Assembly (NCBI RefSeq): GCF_006345805.1 | Contig: NC_043004.1 | Span: 33,914,001 to 33,978,000 of the forward strand | DNA: 64,000 nucleotides | Origin: Octopus sinensis | Taxonomy: Eukaryota | Reading direction: 5' to 3' | Part shown: positions 25,236-38,780 of the stretch, piece after piece | Position numbering within the stretch: the stretch's first letter is position 1 | How the letters are laid out: every line of letters starts with the position of its first letter | Made by a program: the position numbers and the translations under genes | The notes under the pieces: model-generated | Database searches by the model: none | What the model was told of the DNA's origin: nothing | What the model saw: only the letters and a program-made list of their open reading frames with translations

Positions 25236-27543
25236 TATAACATGTTCTAGCTTGAAAATAAGAAATCTTCCGGCCCCATTCAGTAATGTTTTATTTAATG
25301 GAACCATAACCTGAACAAAATAGTTCTAAAAATGGAATAAGCTCTAAAATAAATCTACTGCTCTGAAGAATGCAATCTTGCTTGTATTATATTAGAACAA
25401 GGCCAGCAATTTCAGGGAGGGGCTAAGTTAATTACATTGACCCCCAGCAATCAACCGTTACTTATTGTACAGGTTCTGAGAGAATGAAAGGCAAAGTCAA
25501 CCATGGCAGAATTTGAAGTCAGAACATAAAGAAGGTTGAAATGCCACTGAGTGTTTTGCCTGGCATGGAAATGGTTCTGCTAGATCTCTGCCTTCTACTT
25601 GTATTAGATTAAAACAGGAGAGACTACCAATCACTTACATGGCACCCTCCCACCCTTGCACAAAATTTTATTTAACAATAAAAATATTAAAACATTTCAA
25701 GTAATTTTATCAAAGGAAATCTTATTGAATTTAAAAAAAAAATTTTTAATTTGTTTTGTTTTAATAAAGTTTATAAAAATTCAACAAGCATTTTGTTGTT
25801 GTTGGTGTTGTTGTTTTAGAAAATCCTAAACATTTATAAGCCTAGAATAGTTTTGGTAAGTTTATTTTATTAAAATTCCTTAAAATAATTTTAATATGCT
25901 CCCTTTGTAATAATCTTTGTGTAAGAGTTGGAGTTTTATCAAGTCCTTATTAAAACATACCAGTACAAATTTATTAGCTTTGGGTGAGAGTAGTAATACC
26001 AAATTATGTGGAAATAATTTCAATTTTACAGTTTGATAAGCATTCTGGGTATATTTATGTTTGTCACTGGAGGAAAAATTATGCAATAAGGGAGTGTTAT
26101 ATACACTGGTTACTAAATAGCAGAATGGATATTGGTCATGAAACAGTCTGATAGGCTAGTTCCAATTCCAAAATGGAAAACCAATACAAATCATTGAGCA
26201 GCATGTCTGGAGAGAAATGGTGAAGGATTACAATATTCACAATTGTGTAAGAACAGCAGAAATTAGAATATTCTGGTGAAGATGGGTCAGAATTTGATCG
26301 AATGTATCTCATTGATAATTTAAAATCAGTTGATGATCATAAAAGTTTTGCAGTTGAAGACAAAACAGGAGATGATGTTTAAAAGAGGAAAACAATATTT
26401 TCATAATAAAAGGAAGACTGACATGCCAAAGTGAAATAATGAAATTGGTTTGAATTGTCTATGGGGTTTAGGTCTAGATGTTGGTTATGTCCCTTTGAAT
26501 AGGGTGCCATGGTTAAGGTCTCACACTTTACTGTTCAGATTTCTCTGTCAAATCTAATGTTTATTTATTCTTGCACTTTTAAATTCTTCAGGCGTTATCT
26601 CAAAACTTCAAGATTTCAATGATGTGATTCTTTATTTCATTTTTAGAATGGCCTTGTTGGATAGGTGGGAGAGGTTGGATTTGGTCAATTTGAACATAAA
26701 ACATGCAGCATATTGGAGTTTGATATGGCCTATTTAAATGCTAAACTGTTAAATGAGGTTTTTTCGTGTGTATGAGATTTTTAGAAATATTATCATCAAA
26801 CAATTTCACATTTGAACACAGTTGAAGTTTCCTTTGCTAATGGAGAGTTCCTAATCCATTTGCAATGTGGTCTGTTCCTTCAATCTGTTAAAAATAGCAG
26901 CCATATCTCCCTCAGATCCCATACTACCATTTTAAATAGTCCTTTTTTTTCTTTAGGCACAAGGCCTTAAATTTTGGGGGAGGGGTGGCTAGTTGATTAC
27001 ATCAACCCCAATGTTCAACTGGTACTTATTTTATTGATCCCAAAAGGATGAAAGATGAAGTTGACTTCAGTGAAAGATGACCCCAGAACGTAATGAAAGA
27101 TGGCATGCTGTCAAGTATTTTGTCTGGCATTGCTAGTGATTCTGCAAACTCACTGCCAAAGTTGTAACAACGGTGCCATTAGCATCCAAAAGGATGAAAA
27201 GTAGAGTCAACTTCAGTGAAATTTGAACTCAGAATGTAAAGATGCTTAGTGGAATTTTGTCTGAAGTGCCAATGATTTTTGCCTTCTTGCTGCCTAACTG
27301 AGTTACATAATGAAAATGGTGAAGCACTCATGGCTTGAACATGTTTGTGAGGTTACTAAATGAGTGGTGAATCAGATTTAAAGAGCAACAATTGATAACT
27401 ATGGCAATGTAGACTGCTGTTTCGTGACTGACCATAAACCTAATAAGATTCATACAGAAGATTTGAACTCATGATCAATGATTGATGAGTTTAATTCTTT
27501 GCCCATTTAGTTATTTCAATTACGGTGACTGGCCATATTGAAA

Positions 27544-27632
27544 TCACAGTTTTAGCAAAATGAGTGTTTTAATAATTATGTACATCCTAGTAGAATGACA
27601 ACTGCCTGGAGTGTTATTGGTACAATCAGGAA
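27544..27632 (-). CDS. Exon 6 of Cys-rich gene model: (V)PDCTNNTPGSCHSTR(MYIIIKTLILLKL*)
   Basis: Acceptor ctgttttcag, phase 1 matches the previous exon; 3' boundary uncertain (terminal at TGA 27546-27544, or weak donor gtacat at 27583). Confidence 0.45.
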
Positions 27633-27979
27633 CTGAAAACAGACTTCCAGACATAGCTTAGCAGGAGATTATCTTTATTCTAGCATAGTTTCCACTTGGA
27701 ATCAGACGTGAATACTTTTGTGGTTAGTATTCTGTGAACCAGTCTCTGTACATCAAAAATCTTAATGCAAGACATCCTACTAAGCTGGACAATCAAAATC
27801 AATTGAAAGTGATATCCTCCACACGGAATATGTAAATATATTTATTGTAAAGAAATATAATAAACAGAACATGGACTATTCTTTTGGGGAAAAGAGGTAA
27901 AAAAAAAAATCAAGTATTTTGTGTGAGATTCGAAATTTCTCCAGTGCAAACCATAGTGGCAAATGGAAAAAAAAAAGTT

Positions 27980-28680
<701 letters not shown>

Positions 28681-30069
28681 ACAGAGAGGGATAGAGAATG
28701 CGGGTGAGAGAAAAGAGACGGTGAAAATAAAAATGTAGGCATAACAGAACTAATTCATCTTCTTCCATTGAAAAGAGGGTTTAAAGAGGATAGATTCTTT
28801 CTAGAATCAACAAGGAAAAGAAATAACTATGAATAAAATGACTTGAAATGATCGGCAGAAGTGGAATGAAGAGAAGGAAAAAATATGAAGCTGGTCTTAT
28901 GTATTAAGCTAACATGAATCTTCCGGCAAAACTTTTATTTATTGTAAGCCATATGCATCTTTCATATCAACGATATACATCAGAGTTTTATGGTGTTGAC
29001 AGATATCTCTCCTGAATATTCTGCATTCACATATTTTCTTTTCACACAAACACACACATTGACGTAGGCACTAATTCATGTGTACATACATTCGTGTTTA
29101 TTTACTTACGTAAATGCATATGCACACAACACGTCACATATACATTCATTATATGTTGAAGATTTGTATGTTATATTCTAAAGGGTGCAGGTTGTTAACT
29201 AGTGAATAATAGTGAACATTTTTAGTGTTTGGCAAAAAAAAAAAAGAAAGAAAGGAAAAGAAAAGAAGAATGAAAATAAAAAAAAAATGGAATGAAATAA
29301 AAATAAAATAGATACAGTATCTGTAAGTTATTCAACATCAAGTGAAATGAATATTTCTTTCTATAGAAACGTTTTAAAATTTGGAATGTCTTTTTTTTTT
29401 CACTGTTGTTGCTTTTTGTTATTTGTTTTCACACAGGATTTGAGAAAGTTTGCTATTTGTCAGAAACTGCAAGAATGATACAATTTCAAACAATATTTAC
29501 TGTATAATAAAAGACATAATCGCCAGATGCTTTTCTAATACCTACAGTTTTCTTTTTCTTTCAATTTAACCAAGAATGGTGGAGGAGAGACAAAAATTTT
29601 CAGGATGGGGTAGGGTGATGGAGAAGCTTATTGTATGATAATACCACCTCATAAATATTTAATACCTTTTATATATCATTTACATTTCATATAATATTTT
29701 ATTGTCGCAATGGGAAAACTGGCTTTAATAACACTTTCTTGTAGTTTAGACAAGACAGAAAGAGTAAAAGTGAGGGCCTCGAAGGAGACAGATTGGTGGT
29801 AAGGAAGAAGCAACTGTGGACCCAAACCTAAATACTTACGAAATAGACTCTGCTAAGGACATCCAAAAGTCCAAGAGGTAAGATTAAAGCTGCTGATCAA
29901 AGAATTTTTTAGAAGCTCCTGACTTGGTCTGTAATTGAGAAATCTCATTCCTCTCACCATCTCTTTTGCTTTCTTTTCTCTTAAGGTCTTATTCTCATTA
30001 CCTGCCTGAGACTGGTAGACTATGTTGTTAAATGGAAGGCTGAAACTGTATTACCTTATTTTATATATG

Positions 30070-30084
<15 letters not shown>

Positions 30085-30101
<17 letters not shown>

Positions 30102-30295
30102 CATAAATAAGTCTTAGTAAATAACAATGGCTATACTATCCATTGAGAATTAATTTGTATTGCAGAACCATACAGAGCCAGAACTAAAAAATGTGACCTA
30201 TGTTTAGAAGAATTTTACCAGATTTTTACATCTAAGGGCAATGTAATAAATTCTAGACAGGAACAAGCTTTGAGATGCTTTCACATGAAGAAATT
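30085..30295 (+). pseudogene. Penelope-like element C-terminal (post GIY-YIG) relic
   Basis: EPYRARTKKCDLCLEEFYQIFTSKGNVINSRQEQALRCFHMKKFSFA* matches PY...KRC.LCL.E...I......N.R.EL...CRH..KF. Confidence 0.7.
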
Positions 30296-30504
30296 CTCAT
30301 TTGCCTAGTTTAAATGAATACAAAAACATTTAAACCACAGAATGTTTTGAAATAATGAGTTATAAGTGATATATGCATCTTAATTAGCACATACAACCTA
30401 AATTGGATGCTCTGTTTATAATACATTAAAATACATCAAAAGTCAATCCCTTGACAAAATTTTCTCTGCACTTGAGGATAGCTCTATGTGTTATATGATT
30501 TCAC

Positions 30505-30536
30505 CATATTGTGGATCATCAGCAGTAGGAACCCAA
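30505..30536 (-). CDS. Exon 5 of Cys-rich gene model: (N)WVPTADDPQY
   Basis: Acceptor tttctctctggcatttgag, donor gtgaaa, 32 nt, phase 2-1. Confidence 0.5.
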
Positions 30537-30735
30537 CTCAAATGCCAGAGAGAAATTCAGTCAGACCTATATATATGTGCACGGTACATTTATATACAAG
30601 ATTTGTAATCATAGAGAGGTTCATCAATGGGCATTTTGATTTTTCTCTGCATGAGCATTTATCATTTTTATTTCTATAAATGGCAGTTCTTATGTGTATG
30701 TAAGTGTGCATATGTGTGTGAGTGTTTACATGTGC

Positions 30736-30767
<32 letters not shown>

Positions 30768-30873
30768 TCTCGTCGTCGTTGTCGTCATTGTCATCATTTT
30801 CAGCATCATCATGTATGTAAAATTCTTAGGATGAAACACCAAAAAAGACCTATCAAGTACCATTAGTTCTCAC

Positions 30874-30916
30874 TTAGGTCTTGGAACATACATTGGATGG
30901 CAGTTTTCACAAACTC
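30874..30916 (-). CDS. Exon 4 of Cys-rich gene model: (G)VCENCHPMYVPRP
   Basis: Acceptor attgcag, donor gtgaga, 43 nt, phase 1-2. Confidence 0.6.
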
Positions 30917-30964
30917 CTGCAATTTCAATATATTTTTTTTTACTTTCTTCATCATAACAGCTTC

Positions 30965-31190
30965 AGAAGGCAGTGAGCTGGCAGAGTTGTTAGCATGCTG
31001 GGTAAAGTGCTTAGCAGTATGTTGTCCAGCTTTATGTTTTGAGTTCAAATTCTACTGAAGTTGACTTTTGTCCTTTATCCTTCTAGGGTTAATAAGATAA
31101 GTACCAGTTGTGCATTTGGGTTCATGTAATTGACTTGATCCCTTCTCTGAAATTGCTGGCTTAGTGTCAAAATTTAAAGCCAATATTAAC
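30965..31190 (+). mobile_element. Older SINE family B copy
   Basis: gaaggcagtgagctggcagagttgttagc...gagttcaaattc... Confidence 0.75.
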
Positions 31191-31723
31191 AATTTAAATA
31201 ATTGTAAGTTTTTGATGTTTGCGTCAAGAGAAGAGTGTCACAGTTTTACACTAATTTGACACCAAATTTGAAGAAATGTAGTAGAAGAAAAGTCTGTCCT
31301 GATTAATGAAATACTCAATAAGAAAATTATCAAGAAGTTCTCAGAACTTCAGTTCAAGTTTATGAATAACTATTACACTTGATAACATTTATGCAACTGT
31401 AATATCATAATTTACTGTGGGGAAATTGAAGTTAAAATAAATTCCAGTTTCAATTATAATCAGATGAGTGCAAAGAATATACTTGATGACATATCACTGT
31501 TATTGCTGGTCTGAATTACATAATATAGAGCACAGTTATCAGCTGTCTTTTTTTGTCTTTTGATTAATTTTGGTGCATTTAAAAATTTTTTTAAGGCAGT
31601 CAATTACAAGAGGCAGTGGATTATCAGAGAAAACCCATTACGATACTTAGTCCAGCTCTTTGTATCTTGAGTTCAAATTCCACCGTGGTTAACTTGGTTC
31701 TTCATTGTTTCAGGGTTTATAAA

Positions 31724-32030
31724 TATACTAGACTACCCATGACCCATTGGGTCACCAATAGCTCAAGGTACCTGAAAAAACTACATATTTCGAGAACCCG
31801 TGGTCCAATTTACATGAAATTTGTTTTATTTCCCATTATGCAAACCCCCAAAAACCACATATCTTGAGAATCCATGGTCCAGTTTTCGTGAAATTTGTTT
31901 TATTCTGTTTGTGTTCACATTTCAGGGGAACCTTACTTTGAGAGTATTTTCCCATTATGTGCCAGTTTGGCTGTATTAAATTACAGACAACAAGCACACA
32001 TAGAAACAAAGCAGAGTTTTAGTTGTATAT
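31724..32030 (+). mobile_element. Helentron/HINE-like non-autonomous element
   Basis: 5' atactag plus tgaccc-att-gggtca hairpin, internal ~48-bp direct repeat (31783/31857), cagaca...gagttttagttgtatata end. Confidence 0.5.
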
Positions 32031-32532
32031 AAATTACTTGTCCAGTGCTGGTGCAACCCAGCCCTCTCTCCCTCCAGTTGTCAACCTCCTATATGTTTCA
32101 CAGCATCAACAATAAGAGAATGGGAAGGTTGTGTGTATGTCTGCTTGTTACAAGATAGGCATCTGAAACAATCAGCAAAAGCATGGCACATGCTATCAAG
32201 TAATACTTGCTCATAAGTGACGCCTAAAAGGGATAACAGTTATCTATATTATCTGAGAATTTTTCAATATTGATTGTAGCTTATTAATAAAAATCCTTCC
32301 TCAAATGCTTAAATATCATTTATTAATATTCTTCAGCATACACCATATTTATAGAGATAATCCTTCCTACTATAAACTCAAACCCTGAAATATTTTTAGG
32401 GGAATAGGTTAGTTAGTTGAAAACTAGTTTGCATGCACTGTCGTAGATTTTAATAAAGCAGACACCTTACAAGTAGGTCTTCTTGAATTGATACCTCCTG
32501 CCTTATGTCACTGTACTATAGTGTATCTCATT

Positions 32533-32696
32533 ATTTACATTATTTACATTTGATGGATATTTGTCCTCATCTTGTTTGTTGTCAACACAACATTTTGGCT
32601 GATATACCCTCCACCCTTCATTAGGTGTCTTGGAGAAATTTCGAACCTGAGTTCTCATTCCTAAGGTATTTTTCTATGTTGTTGTTGTTGTTGTTG

Positions 32697-32732
<36 letters not shown>

Positions 32733-32862
32733 TCACTGCCTGGAATTGAACTCAGAATCTTGGGGTTAGTAGCCCATGCTCTTAACCACTATGCCATATG
32801 CTCATCAAATGTAAATAATGTAAATAATGTACATAATTCCTCATCTCTTAAATATAGAACTG
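32533..32862 (-). mobile_element. tRNA-headed SINE family D with decayed hammerhead, inverted 3' copy and 16-bp TSD
   Basis: TSD tatagtgtatctcatt at 32517-32532 and 32863-32878; box A/B head at ~32730-32800; HHR-like motif at 32585-32628. Confidence 0.85.
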
Positions 32863-34496
32863 TATAGTGTATCTCATTGGTAATTATCTTCTTTTGTATA
32901 TTGAGAGGGAGGTTGAACATTTCATCCAGTACAGTTTATCACACGATTGCTAAGAAGATTTCCAAATAGTCTCTCTATATGGAAATGTGATTCATTAATA
33001 TTATGCCCCAGGGCTCAACTGGAACTTATTTTATCAACCCTGAAAAAATAAAACACGAAGTGAATCTTGACATAATTTGAACTCAAAATGTAAAACCAAA
33101 TGAAATACCACTAAGCATTTTGCCTGGCATTCTAATGCATTTGCCAGCTCAGAACCTTTATGTTTATAGAGATATATCACATAACACATTTATATTTATA
33201 GAAATCATGATAATGCCGATAAACAACATATCACATATCACATAGTAGAATGAAGAAATGCTGAAATTAAAGAAGTACGATAGAAATAATAAAGTACTTG
33301 TTAGCTGTATTCTTACAATTAGATACTGAATTCCTTATAAAATGAGTCAAATATAGAGTTGGTATTTAACCAAACTCAATATTCTCAGTGGTTTCCAGAT
33401 AATAAATTTAAGTAGCTCTTAGCGCTGTCAATAATCATGACAGTCTTCAGCTCCTTAGAATGCTAGTTTAAGTGAACTGTAGTAGAATATCAATTCAAAG
33501 CTATAAGGCAACAAACCTCATAAATTATTTGGTCTTGTGCTCCACTTTGAACCATCATTTCTCATTGATTGGTTCTCTGTCCATTCTACTAACTAGACAT
33601 TTCGTTATTGAATGGTAAATTGTGTGGTGAATGCTGGTGTTCAAAAAATCACTGAAATATCCATTGAAATCTTCCTACATTTAAAATATAATACATCATT
33701 GAACTGTAATCTGTTACATTAACTGCAGACTTTCAATTTTAAAATCGTTACAGACAATAAGACTCCCATCAATACTACTTCCAGGATGAAAAAAAAAAAA
33801 AGAAAAGAATAAAGAAAATTTGCATTATATTTGTATAATATTAATGAATCACATTTCCATATAGAGAGAGAATTTGGAAATCTTCTCAGCAATCCTGTGA
33901 CAAAGTGTACTGAAATAAATGTTCAAGATACAGAAGAAAATAATTATCAGTGAGATACACTATATTTCAGTGACATAAGACAGGAGGTATCAATTCAAGA
34001 ATACCTACTTAGAAGGTGTCTGCTCGATTAAAATCTACTACAGTACATGCAAACCAATTTTCAATCTTCTTAGCGTGTTGTATTCAGGAAAGTAATTTGA
34101 AGATTTTCTGGGTAAAATCACAAAACTTTCACACATGGATTGCATATTTTTTTTATCAAATAGTGATTCATTGTGTTTCTATCACAGCAACTCAATTAAT
34201 TTTCAGGCCTTTCAGCTAAAATCTCAGTCTTAATATATCAGGATACTTATAAGGGGTTAAGTTACTAAACTGAACAAAATAACTTGAATGTGGATGTTTA
34301 CAAAAACTGCTGACATAGGGAATTTTAAAAATAAAGATCTTTTCCAATGTCAAACCTTAAACAATATAATTTAAATGCAATTCTTTATTTTCTTCTGTTG
34401 TGTCTGGGGAGAGTCATTTTCTTTTTGTGCCTTATAATGTAACACACTTACCTGTAAAATTTCAAACAGAAATAAGGTGCTTTTATTAAGTGTTGT

Positions 34497-34800
34497 TGTT
34501 TCTTTCTTTTTGAGCCATGTCTGGCTCATAAGGGCCAGTTTCCCGGTTTCATTAGCATAAAGGTTCCCTACGTGGATGGAATGTCAGTCCATCAAAGGTG
34601 AGCTGCTAGATGCAGGAAGAAAGATTGAGAGAAAGTTGTGGTGGAATAGTCATCAGAAGTTCAACATTACCTTCTGCTTGAGCCGTGTGGAACTTAGGTG
34701 TTTCGCTCATAAACACACACATCACCCAGTCTGAGATTTGAACCCACCAATCCCTCGTCCGAGAGTCCACTGCTCTAACCACTTGGCCATTTGCCTCCAC
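34497..34800 (-). mobile_element. tRNA-derived SINE with V-domain-like core
   Basis: Homologous to 40367-40672; contains the acct-tgatggactgacattccatccac analogue of the V-SINE CCTGCGATGGACTGGCG.CCTGTCCAG motif. Confidence 0.65.
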
Positions 34801-35274
34801 TATTATAAAATGTGCATGTAAGTAATTAAGGATGTGGTGAACATGCATTCTCCACTGGATTTGTAATATGAATAATGAAGCAGAAATGAGCTGAGATAAA
34901 AAGTGGATTTAAGCAGCGTTGGACGTAGTGTGTAAGAAAGATTATATTCATATGGTCTTGTTGTAAGTATGAAGTCAATAGTTACCTGTATATAGTGGTG
35001 AGTGCTCCAAATGAATAGAGTCTGGGGAAGTGGGGGGGGGGGGCAAATAAGATATGGATAAAGTAATGAAGACTGACATCAAATGGGAAAAGTTTATGAA
35101 GGAAGCAACTAAGGAGCATGACTTGAGGCAAAACATTGAACGAGAGACTGATCTCTGGGAGAAGAGAAAATTCGATTCTAAAAACGATGTTGGTGGAGGC
35201 GATGGAGGTTGTAATGTATACCATCTGCAGTTAGGTCTCTCCTCACCACCAACATATTCATGCTCAGTCTTCAT

Positions 35275-35545
35275 AAACCACCTTCTCTCTCTGTCTCTGT
35301 CTCTCTCTCTGTTTCTCTCTCTCTCTGTCTCTCCATCTTTCTCTCCGTCTCTTTCTCTGTGTCTCTCTGTCTCTCTCCCTGTCTCTCCTTGCCTCTCCTT
35401 GCCTCTCTCTGTCTCTCCCTGTCTCTCTCCCTCTCTTTCTCTTTGTGTCTCCCTGTCTCTCCCTGTCTCACTCTGTCTCTTTCTCTGTCTCTCTCTCCCT
35501 CTCCCTCTCTCTGTCTCTCCATGTCTCTCTCCCTCTCTCTCTGTC
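35275..35545. repeat. (TC)/(TCTG) microsatellite
   Basis: Directly visible; explains the SL-rich ORFs. Confidence 0.9.
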
Positions 35546-36099
35546 TCTTCTATCAACAGGCCTCCTTACTCTCGTCCTGTCTCATGTAATGACCAATGGC
35601 ATTGCATTGGATTTATTCAAATTCAAGCTCTGATTACGCTTTCCTTATTGATTCACATTACTTTTTCCTCTCAATCACTCTCCTTCTCCCTTACTCTCCA
35701 TTTCCCTCTATCCTTCATCTCTTTCCATCTCTCTCTCATTTTCTGTCCCTTTTCTCTCATTCATCTCTTTATTTCTCTTAGTATCTCCAAGCTTTACACA
35801 CCCTCACATCCTCCGCTTTCATTTATTTTTTTTGCAGCCATTACTTTCTTGCCAACCAATCTCTCCTTTTACACTCACCCAAGCACCCACTTTCTCCCAT
35901 TATTCTCACTTCCAATACACTCTCTTTTATCAACCTATCTTTTTCATTACATTCACATTCCTCTTCACATTGAACATATTCTTCAAATTGACCCTCCTTA
36001 CCAACAATCCTCATACAGCTGCACCAATCTTTCTTTTCTTGTACTGTCTCTCCTACAACCCTCTTTCTCCAACAACTGTCTCCTATCACACTCTCTCTT

Positions 36100-36490
36100 T
36101 TACTCTTTTACTTGTTTCAGTCATTTGACTGCGGCCATGCTGGAGCACCGCCTTAAATCGAGCAACTCGACCCCGGGACTTATTCTTTGTAAGCCCAGTA
36201 CTTATTCTATCGGTCTCTTTTGCCGAACTGCTAAGTGACGGGGACATAAACACACCACCATCGGTTGTCAAGCAATGCTAGGGGGACAAACACAGACACA
36301 CAAACAAACGCACACACACATATATATATATACATATATACGACGGGCTTCTTTCAGTTTCCGTCAACCAAATCCACTCACAAGGCTTTGGTCGGCCCGA
36401 GGCTATAGTAGAAGACACTTGCCCAAGGTGCCACACAGTGGGACTGAACCCGGAACCATGTGGTTCGTAAGCAAGCCACTCCTGCACCTC
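36100..36490 (-). mobile_element. Full-length SINE family A
   Basis: Matches the family A consensus. Confidence 0.9.
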
Positions 36491-36583
36491 TTTCACTATA
36501 GTTAATAAGGTCAAGACAAGACTTCATACCGGAAAACGAATAAATGGAGATTGTGTACAATAGAGAGGACTTATTGCTCTCAC

Positions 36584-36699
36584 CAGGGCCAAGAAAACCA
36601 TCCTTTAAGGCAACATCTTTGATGTTGGGGTTACAATGAAATACATTTATCACATTTTGTAGAAATGGCTGGCAAACAAATGGAGTTAAAGTAAGGAAT
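36584..36699 (-). CDS. Exon 3 of Cys-rich gene model: (G)FLTLTPFVCQPFLQNVINVFHCNPNIKDVALKDGFLGP
   Basis: Donor CCTG|gtgaga; pyrimidine tract gttgtcttgttttgtc with tandem aag acceptors (exon start 36706 phase 1 or 36699 phase 2); open frame; non-repetitive. Confidence 0.65.
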
Positions 36700-36894
36700 C
36701 TTTCAGCTTGACAAAACAAGACAACTGCATTAGTGTTAGTGCCACATCAAATGTATGCAATGCACTTTGTAAAGTGGTTGGCAATAGAAAGGGTATCCAG
36801 CCATAGAACCCATGGAAAGTATGGAGCATACATGTTAGACTTACTACAAATGCTTGCATTTACATTTTGTGAAACTCTTTTCTTGTGATCTCAC

Positions 36895-37035
36895 AGATAT
36901 CATAAAGCAGAAACTGCATTTGAAGGGCTCATCTGTTTCAGAAGAAGGAAACAGATTGGCTTTGGTTAGAAGCTTTATAAACCTTGGTGAAGAAGATCCA
37001 GACTGGAATATTATTTCTATATCATGTGTGATGGT
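36895..37035 (+). pseudogene. CR1-like LINE relic
   Basis: KAETAFEGLICFRRRK...KLYKPW*RRSRLEYY resembles KA....LI.R......LYKSLVRP.LEY. Confidence 0.45.
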
Positions 37036-37044
37036 GTTGCAGTC

Positions 37045-37410
37045 TCACACACATGCACACACAGAGACACAACAACACACAAATACACAAACATAGACAC
37101 ACATACACACACACAAACACACACACAAACACACACAAACACACACACACAAATACACATGCACATCCACAAAAACACACACATAAACACACACATAAAC
37201 ACCCATACACACACATAAACACACACATAAACACACATACCCACACACAAAAAACACACACACAAAGACACACAGACACACACAAACACACACAAAAACA
37301 CATATGCACACCCGCACAAACACACACATAAACACACATACACACACACATGCACATACACACACACAGACACACACACACACACACACACACGCGCACA
37401 CACACACACA
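37045..37410. repeat. (CA)-rich degenerate microsatellite
   Basis: Directly visible. Confidence 0.9.
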
Positions 37411-38029
37411 AGCATCTAAGACAACATCAAAGATAATGAAGCCTATTTGGCTGACTGGGGCAAAGCTGCACAATCCCTAACGGCCCCCAATCTCTGCCCC
37501 ATACCTCTACTCTCTTCTCCCCCTCTCTCTCTCATTAGTTATTCAGTAGCCATAGTAACCCCAGAATCATTTGAGCCAATTGGTTGCAGACCACTTATAG
37601 CGTCTTCTGTTCTAGTCCCAGACCAGTCAATTTTTTGTGAATGAGTTTAGAAACACTAACAGCCTGTCATATGTATGTGAGCAGGCATGTGTCTGGGTGT
37701 GTGTGTGCGTGTCTATATGTGCATGTGTGTTTGTGTTGTGTTTGTCTTCTGTCACCACTCAACAACAAGTGCTGGTTTGTTTACATCCATGTAACTTAGC
37801 AGTTTGGCATAAGAAACCGATAGAGGAAATACCCAATGCCAGACTTAAAAATAAGTACTGGGGGGTGGTGGACTTGTTTGACTAAATCCTTGAAGGCAGT
37901 GCTCCAGCATGGCCACAATTTAGCAAATGACTAACAGACTATAGTGCTGTATTTGACAGAATTTTGGTGCTGTTCCTACCAGACAGACCAGTAACTTGGA
38001 AGCTTCCAGTGTTTTGTGGAATTCAGTTC

Positions 38030-38412
38030 GAGTGGCTGTGTGGTAAATGGCTTGCTTAACAACCACATGGTTCTAGGTTCATTCCCACTACATGGCACCT
38101 TGGGCAAGTGTTATCTACTATAGCCTCAGGCTGACCAAAACCTTTTGAGTAGATTTGGCAGACAGAAACTGAAAGAAGCCCATCGAATATGTGTATATAT
38201 ATGTATGTGTGTGTATATGTTTCTGTGTCTGTGTTTGTCCCCCCATCATCACTTGACAACTGATGCTGGTGTGTTTACATCCCCCGTAACTTAGCGGTTC
38301 GGCAAAAGAGACCGATAGAATAAGTACTAGGCTTCCAAAGAATAAGTCCTGAAGGGTGGTGCTCCAGCATGGCTGCAGTCAAATGACTGAAACAAGTAAA
38401 AGAGTAAAAGAA
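38030..38412 (+). mobile_element. Full-length SINE family A
   Basis: Matches the family A consensus. Confidence 0.9.
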
Positions 38413-38739
38413 TAACCCTTTACAGTAAGAGTTCCAATCCAGTCTAGGTTAACTCTGCCATTCCTTATTCCGAGGTCTATGAAATTAAAAGTATCAGTCA
38501 TATACTGGGGCCAATTTTGTCAATTCTAATCTTTTTCCAAATTTATGACCTTCTGCCAATATTTGAAATCTTTGTTTTGACTGTTTCAATGTCCTCTAAA
38601 AAAAAATATGTCACTTTGCATACGTTTGGAACCAAGTATGGTTGCAAAATACAAAACGGTTAAAATATATAAAACAAATATAAAAGTTCATTTGTGTGTG
38701 CGTGTGTGTGAGTGTGTGTGTGTGTGAGTGTGAGTGTGA

Positions 38740-38780
<41 letters not shown>

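Noticed and set aside
29840-29928. Minus-strand segment with ttacag acceptor and gtaagt donor
   Set aside because: There are stops in all three frames; at most a non-coding or poison exon.
30895-30912. CENCH as a c-type heme (CXXCH) motif
   Set aside because: The motif is common by chance in Cys/His-rich secreted proteins, and covalent heme attachment is not expected outside mitochondrial or plastid cytochromes.
30505-30916. Alternative hydrophobic frame through exons 4-6 (EFVKTAIQCMFQDLIGFLLLMIHNMFLIVPITLQAVVILLGCT*)
   Set aside because: The frame is closed by TAA in exon 3, leaving under 50 aa; AT-rich alternative frames are often hydrophobic by chance.
35054-36238. 394-aa ORF, the longest in the track
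   Set aside because: It runs from an RTE relic through a (TC)n tract and pyrimidine-rich DNA into a SINE; a chimeric chance ORF.
36854-37096. Plus-strand ORF with an apparent acceptor (DIIKQKLHLKG...)
   Set aside because: Another frame matches CR1 LINE motifs, so a TE relic is the simpler explanation.
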